Positions 18,654 to 29,177 of a stretch of 64,000 nucleotides of DNA are shown in pieces. The DNA is from a virus. The notes beneath the pieces are model-generated. The model saw nothing but the letters and a program-made list of their open reading frames with translations. It searched no databases and had not been told where the DNA came from. The translations under genes were made by a program, and so were the position numbers. The DNA lies in the IMG/VR virus record IMGVR_UViG_3300034200_001454, positions 13,477 through 77,476 of that record; one strand, written 5' to 3'. Each line of letters starts with the position of its first letter. The first letter of the stretch is position 1.

Positions 18654-21600
18654 TGAGACGCCTTCTTCCTTACGAACGTGCCTTGATTGATACTCTTGGC
18701 ATTACAGAAGAAGATTACTTTCGTTTCATTGCTTATCAAGAGCAATATAAGGACATCAAGGATGGCAGCGTTTTAGATATTCGCAATGGCTTAGAAACTG
18801 GCACCGTAGCCTTAATTCTTTCCATCGTAGGAACGCTTGCATCAGTAGCGTCTGCGCTATTGATGCCGCGTCCACAGATTCCTCAAGACGCTAGAGCAGG
18901 CGTTGGTCGCAGGGAGCGTAGATATAGCCCTAGGTTTGGCTTCGATAGCGCTCAAGACTTAGCGCAATATGGCGATCCTGTTAATTTGGTTTACACAGAC
19001 ATTGATACTAATCCCGATGGCGGAGTGAGAGTGGCTTCGTCGTTGCTATGGTCTGCTGTGCATAGCTATGGCGGCAAGCAATACATGCAGATGCTTGCAA
19101 CCATCGGCAGTTCTGACATTACAGAAATTGCCCCTAGTCGCACCGCTTTTGGACAAGTGCCACTCAGGCAATTTGTCAATGCCGGCAATTGGTTATATTT
19201 CCGCAATGGCGGCCCCGTCACTTTTGACAATCTTTTAAGGCCAGCAAGCGACACGTCTGACCCATCTCGTACGGGCAGAGCTGGCGGCGAGCTTGCTTAT
19301 CGACCCTACATTGTCTCCACTGAATCATTTGGTGGTTTTAGCCAAGCATTTTCTCCTTCATCGTTCTCTGAATTTGGGATTACCAGCCCCATCCCAATTA
19401 ATGTCAATATTTTTGAGCGGGAAGATGATGGCTCCCCAAAAGGCAGCCCTAATCGTATTGAGATGGAGGATAAGGGTATTTATTGGCCGGGTACATACGG
19501 AAGTGCTCGCACCCCATTTCCCGTTGGGCAGCAACTGAAGCTGCGCATTGCAAAAACTGATGGCAAAGGAGACTTGGCGGAAAAGGCGGCAGAGGAAGAT
19601 CGCTTAGTTGCTGCTTCTTCTATTGATGGTGCCAGTATTTATAAACTTGGCAGTGCTAAGTTTAAAGTGGTTGGCATGAGCGGGAGCGAGGATTTAAACA
19701 ATTCTGCTCTGAATGTGACATTGCAATGCACTGAAAGTGGCTTTGGTCCAGAGGAAGACTATAGCACTCGCAGTACGTTGCAGCAGGAAGATGAGCTTAG
19801 CTCTGCGATTCCTGCATTAAAAGCAGAAAGAGAACGACTAACTGCATTGTTTAACCCAACAATTACTGTTACAAATTTAACGGCAAAGCAAAGTGCTCTT
19901 TATTCAATGTTTAACGCGAAAACATCTGAATTAGACGAATTGATAGATTCCATTAATTATTACGTGAGGGCAGATGTCACCGAGTTGGACGAATATGTTC
20001 TAGAACTGAGCGCGAATGAGTCAATAAAGCCTGATGGCACGGTAGACAAAGAAAATCCTCGCTGGTTTCCACAGCGCATTGTAAATATAGCTAATACGAT
20101 TAGAAATCTTGAGAGCGATATTGAAGACAAGAGGGATCGGATTGAAGAGGAAAAGAAAAAAAATAATCCGAACATTGGTCAAATAGACAGATGGCGCTCG
20201 GCAATAGTAACGGCAAAAAACGACCTAGAACCACTGAGAAGAAAGCTGCTTAGTTTTATTAAGGACAAAAATTTATCAAACCAAACGTTGTTTAATTTCA
20301 TTAACGATCTAGATCGAATCGTAAGAGAAATTGGGGCCGCATTCAACGATCAAGGTCTCAGCAGCGTAATCAATGCAAATGATTTTGGAGACATCGTAAA
20401 AGAAAGGCAAAGATTCGGGAAATTAGGAGCACGGCAAGAATTGCGTATTTTAAGGCGAGTCAAAAGCAGAATTAGTCAAATTGAAAACAGAGTGGCAAGC
20501 GTCATTCAAATTGACCAGCCAGCAATTGATAGGTTTAACGCTGATATAAATCGGCAAATTCAAGCCATAGATGCACAAATTGCTGCGATTAAAGCCACGC
20601 TTGCAAGTCCAGAAGGACTTAATGATTTCTTGGTTACAAAATGCCTAACAAAAATCCAAGAGGCTTCATATGAAACTGTGTCTGCTTGCAAAGTAGTAAA
20701 CTTTGCCATTCGCGGCAAAGTGTTTATGCGTATACAAGGAAGACAAAAGCAATACGGGGACGTAACAGTCAATAACTATAGGCAGTCCGACAATGGACTA
20801 AAGCACCGCAGTGCTTTCTTCTTAATGTTTGTAAAAGAAGTTGCTTCTCCTGACTGGTCCTTGGTGCCACGTATTTTTGTTTTACGGCGAGCCGCTGATA
20901 ACGACTTTTTCTTTCCATTGTATTTTGAAGCACCTGATTCGTCTAAGCGTTGGGCCTTTAGGTTTGAGCCGGTCTTTGATACGCCTTCTGAAATGAGAAA
21001 GCACGGAACTCTTCCTTTCGTCTATTTGTCTGCTGGTCAAACAGTAGAAAATATTTCTACGCTTGACATTCCAGGTGGCATTGGAAAGGTGAAATTCTAT
21101 GGCAGCAATAGACAGCCCGCTGCCAGTAATCTTCCTCCTCGCAATAAAAGTCCTTTTGCTATTGATGAATGGTGTCTTTATCCTCCATCGTTAATTACTG
21201 ATAGTGATACAACGACAGGTGCAAAAGAAGTGATTAAGGCATGTTCATCTGATGCCAATATTTCTTTTTCGTTTGAAAGTGGTCCTGAGTTTGAAATTAC
21301 GGCAGTAACTGAACAGCAACAAGATTTAAATTATGACGTAAATTTTCCTGCCATTTATCAAGACCTCACTCTGATTGGTTTTAATTGCTTTAGCGGCCAA
21401 GGCGTGCGCAGTCTGCGCTCACTGAGCGCATTTGTCCTCAAAGGCAAGCGTGTTAGGAGAATCAATGAAAGCACTGGCGTTTACCCTGCCAGCCCCGATG
21501 GTCCCAGCAATTTCGCTTCGGACATTTTTCTTGATACTCTTCTTGATCCCAAGAATGGCATTGGCAAGTTTGCAAATATCAATGGAGTGGATCTGCAAAA

Positions 21601-22528
21601 GCTTGCATTTGCCAAGACAATGAATAAAACGATGGGATACTACATGGATGGAGTGATTGCTGATGTTACATCGTGGCGTGAATTCTGGGCCGAGACAGCT
21701 CCTTACTGCATGCTGGAACTAGCGCGAATTGGCGGACGCGATACGCTTATTCCTGCGTTGCCCACTGACAACACGGGGCGTATTAACAGAGTGGTGACGA
21801 TTAGTGCATTATTTAATCAGGGCAATATTCTGGAAGACAGTTACAAGGAAGAGTTTTTGGACTATGGAGATTCAACACAGGACTTAGTGGCCACTGTCAT
21901 CTATCGCGCTCCTGAACGAGACGGTGTGTTCCCTAAAAATACAAGTCTCGTAGTATCACTGTCCGATGTAAATGATGCCGATGCGCGTAGAGCTACGTTT
22001 GATTTGTCTCAGTTCGTCACGTCTCGCACGCAGGCATTGCACTATGGCATGCTGATGTGCATGCAAAGGCGGCATGTTAGAAGGGCTGTGGAATTCCAAA
22101 CTTTTCCAACAGAAGCACCAGTACAGCCCGGCTCCTATATTTACGTGCAAACAGACGAGAATCGCTGGGACAACATTAGCAGTGGCATCATTGAAGCAGG
22201 AGGGGTGTTAAATGCGCCCATTTCGGAAAGCCCTATCAATGGAACATTTTCTGTTCTGGTTTACGATGGTGCATCAACTACTGCTCGTCTCACTTCCATC
22301 GCTGTTTCCAATGGTCAAGCGCCTGCGTTGGCTCAGTATAAAGGATGGCTATTTGTACTAGGTTCATTGCTCACTCAAAAGCGCGTATTTCGCGTGACTG
22401 AAGTGGAGATGAGCGAAGAAGGAGAAGTGACCATCAAGGCAACGGAGCATCCATGCGAAGAATCCAATGGCCAGACCAGATCATTAATTGCACGACAAGA
22501 TCCAAGCCTATTCAAGATCATCGGTTAA
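18650..22528 (+). CDS. Tail tip/hub host-specificity protein (gpJ-like)
   Basis: 1292 aa; SAQDLAQYGDPVNLVY; C-terminal FRVTEVEMSEEGEVTIKATEH. Confidence 0.75.
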   Translation: MMRRLLPYERALIDTLGITEEDYFRFIAYQEQYKDIKDGSVLDIRNGLETGTVALILSIVGTLASVASALLMPRPQIPQDARAGVGRRERRYSPRFGFDSAQDLAQYGDPVNLVYTDIDTNPDGGVRVASSLLWSAVHSYGGKQYMQMLATIGSSDITEIAPSRTAFGQVPLRQFVNAGNWLYFRNGGPVTFDNLLRPASDTSDPSRTGRAGGELAYRPYIVSTESFGGFSQAFSPSSFSEFGITSPIPINVNIFEREDDGSPKGSPNRIEMEDKGIYWPGTYGSARTPFPVGQQLKLRIAKTDGKGDLAEKAAEEDRLVAASSIDGASIYKLGSAKFKVVGMSGSEDLNNSALNVTLQCTESGFGPEEDYSTRSTLQQEDELSSAIPALKAERERLTALFNPTITVTNLTAKQSALYSMFNAKTSELDELIDSINYYVRADVTELDEYVLELSANESIKPDGTVDKENPRWFPQRIVNIANTIRNLESDIEDKRDRIEEEKKKNNPNIGQIDRWRSAIVTAKNDLEPLRRKLLSFIKDKNLSNQTLFNFINDLDRIVREIGAAFNDQGLSSVINANDFGDIVKERQRFGKLGARQELRILRRVKSRISQIENRVASVIQIDQPAIDRFNADINRQIQAIDAQIAAIKATLASPEGLNDFLVTKCLTKIQEASYETVSACKVVNFAIRGKVFMRIQGRQKQYGDVTVNNYRQSDNGLKHRSAFFLMFVKEVASPDWSLVPRIFVLRRAADNDFFFPLYFEAPDSSKRWAFRFEPVFDTPSEMRKHGTLPFVYLSAGQTVENISTLDIPGGIGKVKFYGSNRQPAASNLPPRNKSPFAIDEWCLYPPSLITDSDTTTGAKEVIKACSSDANISFSFESGPEFEITAVTEQQQDLNYDVNFPAIYQDLTLIGFNCFSGQGVRSLRSLSAFVLKGKRVRRINESTGVYPASPDGPSNFASDIFLDTLLDPKNGIGKFANINGVDLQKLAFAKTMNKTMGYYMDGVIADVTSWREFWAETAPYCMLELARIGGRDTLIPALPTDNTGRINRVVTISALFNQGNILEDSYKEEFLDYGDSTQDLVATVIYRAPERDGVFPKNTSLVVSLSDVNDADARRATFDLSQFVTSRTQALHYGMLMCMQRRHVRRAVEFQTFPTEAPVQPGSYIYVQTDENRWDNISSGIIEAGGVLNAPISESPINGTFSVLVYDGASTTARLTSIAVSNGQAPALAQYKGWLFVLGSLLTQKRVFRVTEVEMSEEGEVTIKATEHPCEESNGQTRSLIARQDPSLFKIIG

Positions 22529-22571
22529 GCAATTAGAATTTTGCTAGTATTAAAACAAAAGCTTTAGAACA

Positions 22572-22991
22572 ATGCCTTTTTACACTGGTCGCACTGGCAA
22601 GCTTCGCCTTGGTGGTAGCGAGGTTTCCAAGGTAAAAAATTGGACGCTTGATACGTCCGTCAATATGCTGGATACCACTTCTCTTGGTGATACAGCTAAT
22701 ACTTTCACTCCGGGATTGTTTAGCGCCACAGGCAGCGCTTCTCTGTCGTATTACAACGGCGACACCACCGATACAACTAATCTTCTTGAGAAGATTGCCA
22801 AGACTGGTGCCATTACTGATAGCGATGAAGTGAGCCTTACATTTGAAGTGGGTACTGGCCAGACTTTTGCTGCTGATGCTTTTATTAACAGTGCCAGTAT
22901 CTCTTCTTCCACTGATGAACTGACCACTGTTTCATTTAACTTTACGATCAACGGTCCCCTCACCTCTGTTGTGCTCACTGGCACCACCTGA
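22572..22991 (+). CDS. Tail-tube-like protein
   Basis: VKNWTLDTSVNMLDTTSLGD...PGLFSATGS...TVSFNFTING. Confidence 0.65.
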   Translation: MPFYTGRTGKLRLGGSEVSKVKNWTLDTSVNMLDTTSLGDTANTFTPGLFSATGSASLSYYNGDTTDTTNLLEKIAKTGAITDSDEVSLTFEVGTGQTFAADAFINSASISSSTDELTTVSFNFTINGPLTSVVLTGTT

Positions 22992-23033
22992 TTTTAGGCA
23001 TAGATACAATGGAATAATTAAGGCTGTAGCGAG

Positions 23034-24044
23034 ATGACATTTTTTGTTGGCCATACAGGCGCAATCAAGCTACAGCGTGGTGGTGAAAATACATTCACTG
23101 CCATTGTTTCGCCGGATGATGTCAATACTGTATTAAATAGATTCAGTTTTGAAGGTGGTGACGACAATTTAATTACTGGAGATCTTCTTGAAATTACGAC
23201 CGAGGATCCGCGTGGTCTTCTTTTTCTGCCCCCATCGTTTTGGAGTATTCCAGGGGAGCCAGTAGACGGCTATGACGAAGTGGTATGGGCGTCTGGAGGT
23301 ACAGCCGGTCTTGCCGGTTGGGATGATGATAATATCACAACTAGCTCAGATTTGCCTCCCGACGGATACGACGAATTTCGGCTAGGCGATTACATTTTTT
23401 CGGACAACGCACGCGCATATGTCAACATTAATGCCGTAGGCGGTGTGCGTCTATTTGAAAATTTTAACGACGCCATAAACAATGAAAGGGCAAACGAATA
23501 CGAGCTTGCCGCTTTTTACGGAGAACCCATTGAAATAACAGTGGGAATTAGGGACACTAGATACAATACGCTTGGCTCAGTCACTTCCTTTGAAATTAAT
23601 ACAGACAGGGCTGCAATGGAGACGACTAGCCTGTCAGATAGGTTTAAGCAGCAGTATTCCGCTGGGCTATTAAGTGGCAATGGTAGTATCGAGTGTTTAT
23701 TTAGTTACGAAACAGTGGGCAATGAAGAAATCCCCCTGTTCTTATTGCAGGTCATTAATCGGCTGGATGTTGGCAGCAGCTTTAAGGCGCTTCTTTCTCT
23801 TTCTTCCATTGATCAATCTGCCTCTTTCAGGGAGGAAGTTTACTACGACATTGAAGCAGTGGTAACGAGAGCGGGGGTAACTGTCACTGCCGATGCATTA
23901 GTGGCATGCTCTGTTGATTTTGTAACCACTGGCGAATTCAAACTTCGCGTGGGTATCCCTCCTGAATACATCTTAAAGGAGGATGATGACGCCATCTATC
24001 TTGAACAGGGTCTTGATTATCTGCTCAAGGAAATAACCGACTGA
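23034..24044 (+). CDS. Structural protein with C-terminal tail-tube-like domain
   Basis: VTSFEINTDRAAMETTSLSD...GLLSGNGS resembles the preceding gene. Confidence 0.6.
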   Translation: MTFFVGHTGAIKLQRGGENTFTAIVSPDDVNTVLNRFSFEGGDDNLITGDLLEITTEDPRGLLFLPPSFWSIPGEPVDGYDEVVWASGGTAGLAGWDDDNITTSSDLPPDGYDEFRLGDYIFSDNARAYVNINAVGGVRLFENFNDAINNERANEYELAAFYGEPIEITVGIRDTRYNTLGSVTSFEINTDRAAMETTSLSDRFKQQYSAGLLSGNGSIECLFSYETVGNEEIPLFLLQVINRLDVGSSFKALLSLSSIDQSASFREEVYYDIEAVVTRAGVTVTADALVACSVDFVTTGEFKLRVGIPPEYILKEDDDAIYLEQGLDYLLKEITD

Positions 24045-24098
24045 TAATAGCTAATATCGTTTAAGACTAGACTGTATTGAGACCCGCACCTTCCTGCA

Positions 24099-27000
24099 AT
24101 GGCTGATCAAAGAATTACGGAGCTTGTAGAACTTCCCCAGGGAGGCGTATCGTCTAATGACGTACTGCCTATTGCAGACGTAAGTGCTAGTCAGACAAAG
24201 AAAGTGCAAGTGAAGAGCCTGATTCAAGCAGGTTTTAATCTTGCAGACGCTTCTACGCTGGATATTTCAAAAATTAACCAGGCAAGCGTAGCGAAACTTG
24301 GCGCAGCGGCCATTGGAACCAATGTTCTTACTTACGACAAGATTCAGCAGGTCAGTGCCACCGATCGCTTACTAGGAAGAAGCAGTGCGGGCGCGGGAAA
24401 TATAGAGGAAATCATTTGCACTTCATTTGCTCGCTCTCTGCTAGATGATGCAGATGCCACGACAGTACGTTCAACGCTTTCTCTTGGCGCTGTTGCTACT
24501 GGCGATACCATTAACACTTCCCTCATCGAAGATCTCGCCATCACAACTGGCAAAATCAATAACAATGCAGTTACCACTGCAAAGATTGCTGATGCCAATA
24601 TTACTACGGCAAAGATTGCAAGCGGAGCAATTGATAGTGCTCAATTAGCCGCTAGCGGAGTCGTTCAAGGCAAATTAGCCGCCAACTCTGTTATTACTGT
24701 CAACATTGTTGATAGCGGAATTACTCAAGCAAAACTCGCTGCCGATGCGGTGGGAACTGTCAATATTATTGGCAGTGGCATCACTCAATCTAAGCTTGCC
24801 GCCGATGCTGTTAATACGGTCAATATTATTGATTCGGCAGTAACCCTTGCCAAAATGGCAAGCGGAAGCATTGGCACTGCTCAGCTTATCGCTAGTGGCA
24901 TTACGCAAGAGAAGCTTGCTGCCGACGCAGTGGCGACTATTAACATCATTGCCTCTGGTATTACTCAGTCAAAGCTTGCTGCTAATGCAGTGGCTACTGT
25001 CAACGTCATAGATAGTGGCATCACTCAAGCCAAGTTGGCCAGTGGCTCTGTTGATACTGTCAATATTATCAATAGTGCGGTGACGCTAGCCAAGATGGCC
25101 AGCGGAAGCGTCGATACTGCTCAATTAGTCGCCAGTGGCATCACGCAAAGCAAATTAGCGGCCAATGCAGTGGACACTGTTAATGTCGTTGATTCTGGTA
25201 TTACGCAACAAAAACTTGCCGCCAATGCAGTGGCGACAATTAATATTGCTGATTCTGGTATTACGCAAGCAAAGCTTGGAACTAGTTCAGTAGACACTAT
25301 TAACATCATTGATTCTGCAGTAACGCTGGCAAAGATGGCCAGTGGTAGTGTTAATACTGCTCAGCTTATTGCTAGTGGTATCACCCAAGAAAAGCTGGCT
25401 GCCGATGCAGTGGCAACAATTAATATTGTTGATTCGGGAATTACACAGGCAAAACTTGCCGCTAATGCAGTCGCCACCATTAACATCATCAGCAGTGGTG
25501 TTACACAAGAAAAGCTTGCAAGTAATGCAGTGGCTACTGTCAACATTGTTGATAGTGGAGTTACGCAAAGCAAGCTTGCTGCTAATAGTATTGCAGCAAT
25601 CAACATTGTTGATTCTGGTATTACGCAAGCAAAACTTGGAAGTGGAGCAGTTGCTACTGTCAATATTATCGACTCCGCTGTAACGCTTGCAAAAATGGCG
25701 AGCAACAGTGTAGATACTGCTCAATTAGTCGCCAGTGGCATTACGCAGGAAAAGCTGGCTGCTAACGCAGTGGCAACCATTAACATTACGGATAGTGGTA
25801 TCACCCAAGAAAAGCTAGCTGCAAATGCAGTAAACACGGTCAATGTTGTTGATAGCGGGATTACGCAAGCAAAGCTTTCTTCTAATGCCGTTAACACCAT
25901 CAACGTGGTGGACAGTGGTATTACTCAGGCAAAGCTTGCTGCCAATGCAGTAGCTACAATCAATCTTGTCGATAGTGGAGTGACCACTGCAAAGATTGCT
26001 TCTGGCGCAATTACTATCGGCAAGCTTTCTCTTTCGTCGGGAGAATTAACGGGCTCCGTCATCACTGCTTCTTCCATTCCATCGGGAAGCTACGTGAGTG
26101 GATCAATTGTCACCACTGACATTGCTGACAATGCAGTTACATTTGCAAAAATTCAGCAAGTGGCATCTGGCGTACTGCTTGGACGTGCAAGTGCTGGTAG
26201 CGGCAACGTAGAAACTATCACGTTGACGGAAGCCGGCAGGGCATTGCTTGATGACGCGGACGCCACTGCTCAGCGCACAACGCTTGGCCTTGGCTCTATG
26301 GCCATCCAGGCCGCTTCTGGCGTGCTCATTACGGGCGGCACAGCAGTACTTAGCAGCGGCACGATTGCTTACGCGACAATCAACGGTGGTGTCATCAGTG
26401 GAATTACTGACCTTGCCATTGCTGATGGCGGCACGGGCGCTTCTACGGCCTCTGGCGCACGAACAAACCTTGGCCTTGCCGTTGGTACTGACGTGCAAGC
26501 ATATGATGCTGCACTTGCATCAATCGCAGGGCTGACGACGGCATCTGGCCAAATCATTTACACCACGGCTTCCGACACTTACGCCACCGCCACAATTACG
26601 GCTGCTGGTCGTGCCATTCTTGATGATGCAGATGCAAGTGCTCAGCGCACCACTCTTGGACTTGGCTCTTTATCTGTCAAAAATACAGTTGGCAGTGGAG
26701 ATTATGATTCTTCTTCCATTGTTACTGCCAACATTGCCGATTCTGCAATTACCACAGCAAAGATTGCTGACAGCGGCATTACGACTATCAAGATTGCTGA
26801 TGCAAATGTTACGCAGGCGAAGCTGGCTAGCGATTCAGTAAGCACTATAAAGATCGTCAATAGTGGCGTGACCACTGCAAAATTGGCTGATAACGCAGTT
26901 TCTTATGCAAAGATTCAAGAAACGACAACGAGTGATGTCATTCTTGGTCGCTCATCTGCAAGTGGTGGCACTGTAGAAGAAATTGCATGCACTTCGGCGG

Positions 27001-29105
27001 CACGTTCAATTCTTGACGATGCTTCCATCGCTGATATTCGCACAACGCTTGGCCTTGGTACTCTTGCCACTCAGAACGGGAGCTTCTCTGGTACTTCCAC
27101 TGGTACCAACACTGGCGATCAAACAATCACGCTTTCTGGGGATGTCACTGGTACAGGTACTGGAGCATTTGCTGCCACCATTGCCAATAGTGCTGTAACC
27201 ACAGCCAAGATTCTTGATAGCGCTATTACTACTGCCAAAATTGCGGATAGTGGCGTAACAGCCGTAAAATTAGCGGACAATTCTGCTGCCGTAGTAGCTG
27301 GTTCTTCACCAATTGGCAATGGATCTTTCATTGGTCAACAATGGTTTAATACCAGCGATGGTTATGAATACACCTGGACTGGGAGCGTGTGGCAGCGTCA
27401 AACAGGGCTCGTAACAACTGTCGTTTCTGGAGACACTGTTTATAGCTTTACTACGTCCTATCCTGATTCGTTCAGCGCTTCCATTGTTCCTTCTCTAAAT
27501 ACGCAAGTAGCTTCTCGGTTCTTTGCTGGTCCCGCAAGCGGAAATAGTGATGCCGCGCCTACATTCCGCGCCATTTCTGCAAGCGATCTTCCTAAGGCAA
27601 CAACTAGCGCTCTTGGCGTGGCTCAAGCTGGCACTGGTTTAGTCACTGTCAGTGGCATCTTCAATCATGCCAATAGCGTAGCCTCTGGCATTTATTACAA
27701 AGTTACTGTTGACGAACAAGGGCACATTAGCGCAGGTGAAACTGCTTTAGTAGCCGACGATATTCCAGAATTATCTGCCTCGAAGATTACCACTGGTACA
27801 TTTGGCAGTGGTCTCATTGGAGACGATGCGGTTCGGGCATCTAGCTTGGCAAACTACAGCGTTAGCCAGTTTGGTGAAGCATTGCCATCTGCAGATTTTA
27901 TTGGACAATTCTTCTTCAATCCATTGGAGAAAGATCTCTATCTATGGGATGGAAACGTTTGGAACCCCGTTGGCATTTCAGTTGGTGAAATTATTTTTGG
28001 CGGCACTTACAATGCAAGTGGCAATATTATTGCTAGCACAAGTAGCGATGGCGCCGCTGTTGGCTTGTCAATTGGTCAGCCGCTTCCTTCTCCCTCTGCT
28101 ACGTTTAATCGTTATTACGTGGTGGTGGAAAGTGGAGGCACTGGCGTGGCTCCTGCTCCTGCCACTACTTTGCAGCCGCCTGATATTCTGCTTTGCAATG
28201 GCACTGCATGGACTGAAGTGGATGTTAGCTCCACTTATACGGCACAAGCTGCAGTTAACGTTGCCTTTACGCCCGCTGCCAATATAGGCAGCACTAATGT
28301 TCAGGCTGCATTAGAAGAAGTTAGCGCTGAATGTCGCAATGCTAGTAATGTTGCAAGTGGCATTTTGGCCGTTGCTTACGGTGGTACTGGCACTGGCACT
28401 TATACAAAAGGCGACATTCTTGTTGCAAGTGGTACCACATTAGTCAAGCAGGCAATTGGCACTAACGGGCAAGTATTGACGGCTAATTCGGCCTTCGGGC
28501 CAGGCGTTCATTGGACTACTCCTGCCAGTGGTACTGTGTTGTCAGTGAGCGTCAATTCTCCACTCACTGTTGTCAGCGGCTCAACTACTCCTGTTATTTC
28601 TATCCCCGATGCATCAACCAGCGTAAGGGGAAGCGTTCAGCTCACTGATAGCACGAGCACAACTAGCTCTTCTCTTGCTGCTACTGCCACTGCAGTGAAG
28701 AGTGCTTATGACCTTGCTAATGCTGCTCTTCCTCGTACTGGTGGCACCATTACTGGTGAAGTGGTTATCGGCAATACTGGCACGCTGTTGTTTGAAGGCG
28801 CCACTGACAATGCTTTTGAAATCCAACTCACTGCTGCCGATGCCACTTCTGACAAAGTGGTGACACTGCCAGATACCACTGGCACTGTCATTACCACTGG
28901 AGACACTGGTACTGTTACCAACACGATGCTTGCTGGCAGCATTGCTGACACCAAGCTTTCTACGATTTCCACTGCAGGAAAGGTTAGCAACAGCGCCACC
29001 ACCGCCACCAGTGCAAACACTGCAAGCGCAATTGTTGCCCGTGACAGTAGTGGTAATTTCTCCGCTGGCACCATTGATGCCACCATTGATGAAGGAACTT
29101 TCTAA
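24099..29105 (+). CDS. Long tail fibre with 10-aa periodic repeats
   Basis: Dozens of DSGITQAKLA/ANAVATINIV units; ARTNLGL and RTTLGLG fibre motifs. Confidence 0.85.
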   Translation: MADQRITELVELPQGGVSSNDVLPIADVSASQTKKVQVKSLIQAGFNLADASTLDISKINQASVAKLGAAAIGTNVLTYDKIQQVSATDRLLGRSSAGAGNIEEIICTSFARSLLDDADATTVRSTLSLGAVATGDTINTSLIEDLAITTGKINNNAVTTAKIADANITTAKIASGAIDSAQLAASGVVQGKLAANSVITVNIVDSGITQAKLAADAVGTVNIIGSGITQSKLAADAVNTVNIIDSAVTLAKMASGSIGTAQLIASGITQEKLAADAVATINIIASGITQSKLAANAVATVNVIDSGITQAKLASGSVDTVNIINSAVTLAKMASGSVDTAQLVASGITQSKLAANAVDTVNVVDSGITQQKLAANAVATINIADSGITQAKLGTSSVDTINIIDSAVTLAKMASGSVNTAQLIASGITQEKLAADAVATINIVDSGITQAKLAANAVATINIISSGVTQEKLASNAVATVNIVDSGVTQSKLAANSIAAINIVDSGITQAKLGSGAVATVNIIDSAVTLAKMASNSVDTAQLVASGITQEKLAANAVATINITDSGITQEKLAANAVNTVNVVDSGITQAKLSSNAVNTINVVDSGITQAKLAANAVATINLVDSGVTTAKIASGAITIGKLSLSSGELTGSVITASSIPSGSYVSGSIVTTDIADNAVTFAKIQQVASGVLLGRASAGSGNVETITLTEAGRALLDDADATAQRTTLGLGSMAIQAASGVLITGGTAVLSSGTIAYATINGGVISGITDLAIADGGTGASTASGARTNLGLAVGTDVQAYDAALASIAGLTTASGQIIYTTASDTYATATITAAGRAILDDADASAQRTTLGLGSLSVKNTVGSGDYDSSSIVTANIADSAITTAKIADSGITTIKIADANVTQAKLASDSVSTIKIVNSGVTTAKLADNAVSYAKIQETTTSDVILGRSSASGGTVEEIACTSAARSILDDASIADIRTTLGLGTLATQNGSFSGTSTGTNTGDQTITLSGDVTGTGTGAFAATIANSAVTTAKILDSAITTAKIADSGVTAVKLADNSAAVVAGSSPIGNGSFIGQQWFNTSDGYEYTWTGSVWQRQTGLVTTVVSGDTVYSFTTSYPDSFSASIVPSLNTQVASRFFAGPASGNSDAAPTFRAISASDLPKATTSALGVAQAGTGLVTVSGIFNHANSVASGIYYKVTVDEQGHISAGETALVADDIPELSASKITTGTFGSGLIGDDAVRASSLANYSVSQFGEALPSADFIGQFFFNPLEKDLYLWDGNVWNPVGISVGEIIFGGTYNASGNIIASTSSDGAAVGLSIGQPLPSPSATFNRYYVVVESGGTGVAPAPATTLQPPDILLCNGTAWTEVDVSSTYTAQAAVNVAFTPAANIGSTNVQAALEEVSAECRNASNVASGILAVAYGGTGTGTYTKGDILVASGTTLVKQAIGTNGQVLTANSAFGPGVHWTTPASGTVLSVSVNSPLTVVSGSTTPVISIPDASTSVRGSVQLTDSTSTTSSSLAATATAVKSAYDLANAALPRTGGTITGEVVIGNTGTLLFEGATDNAFEIQLTAADATSDKVVTLPDTTGTVITTGDTGTVTNTMLAGSIADTKLSTISTAGKVSNSATTATSANTASAIVARDSSGNFSAGTIDATIDEGTF

Positions 29106-29177
29106 TCAATGACAAATAAAGCCTTTTAGAATTGCGAAAGACTTATTAGTCTTCTGTAATTCCGAAAGGCTTTAATC

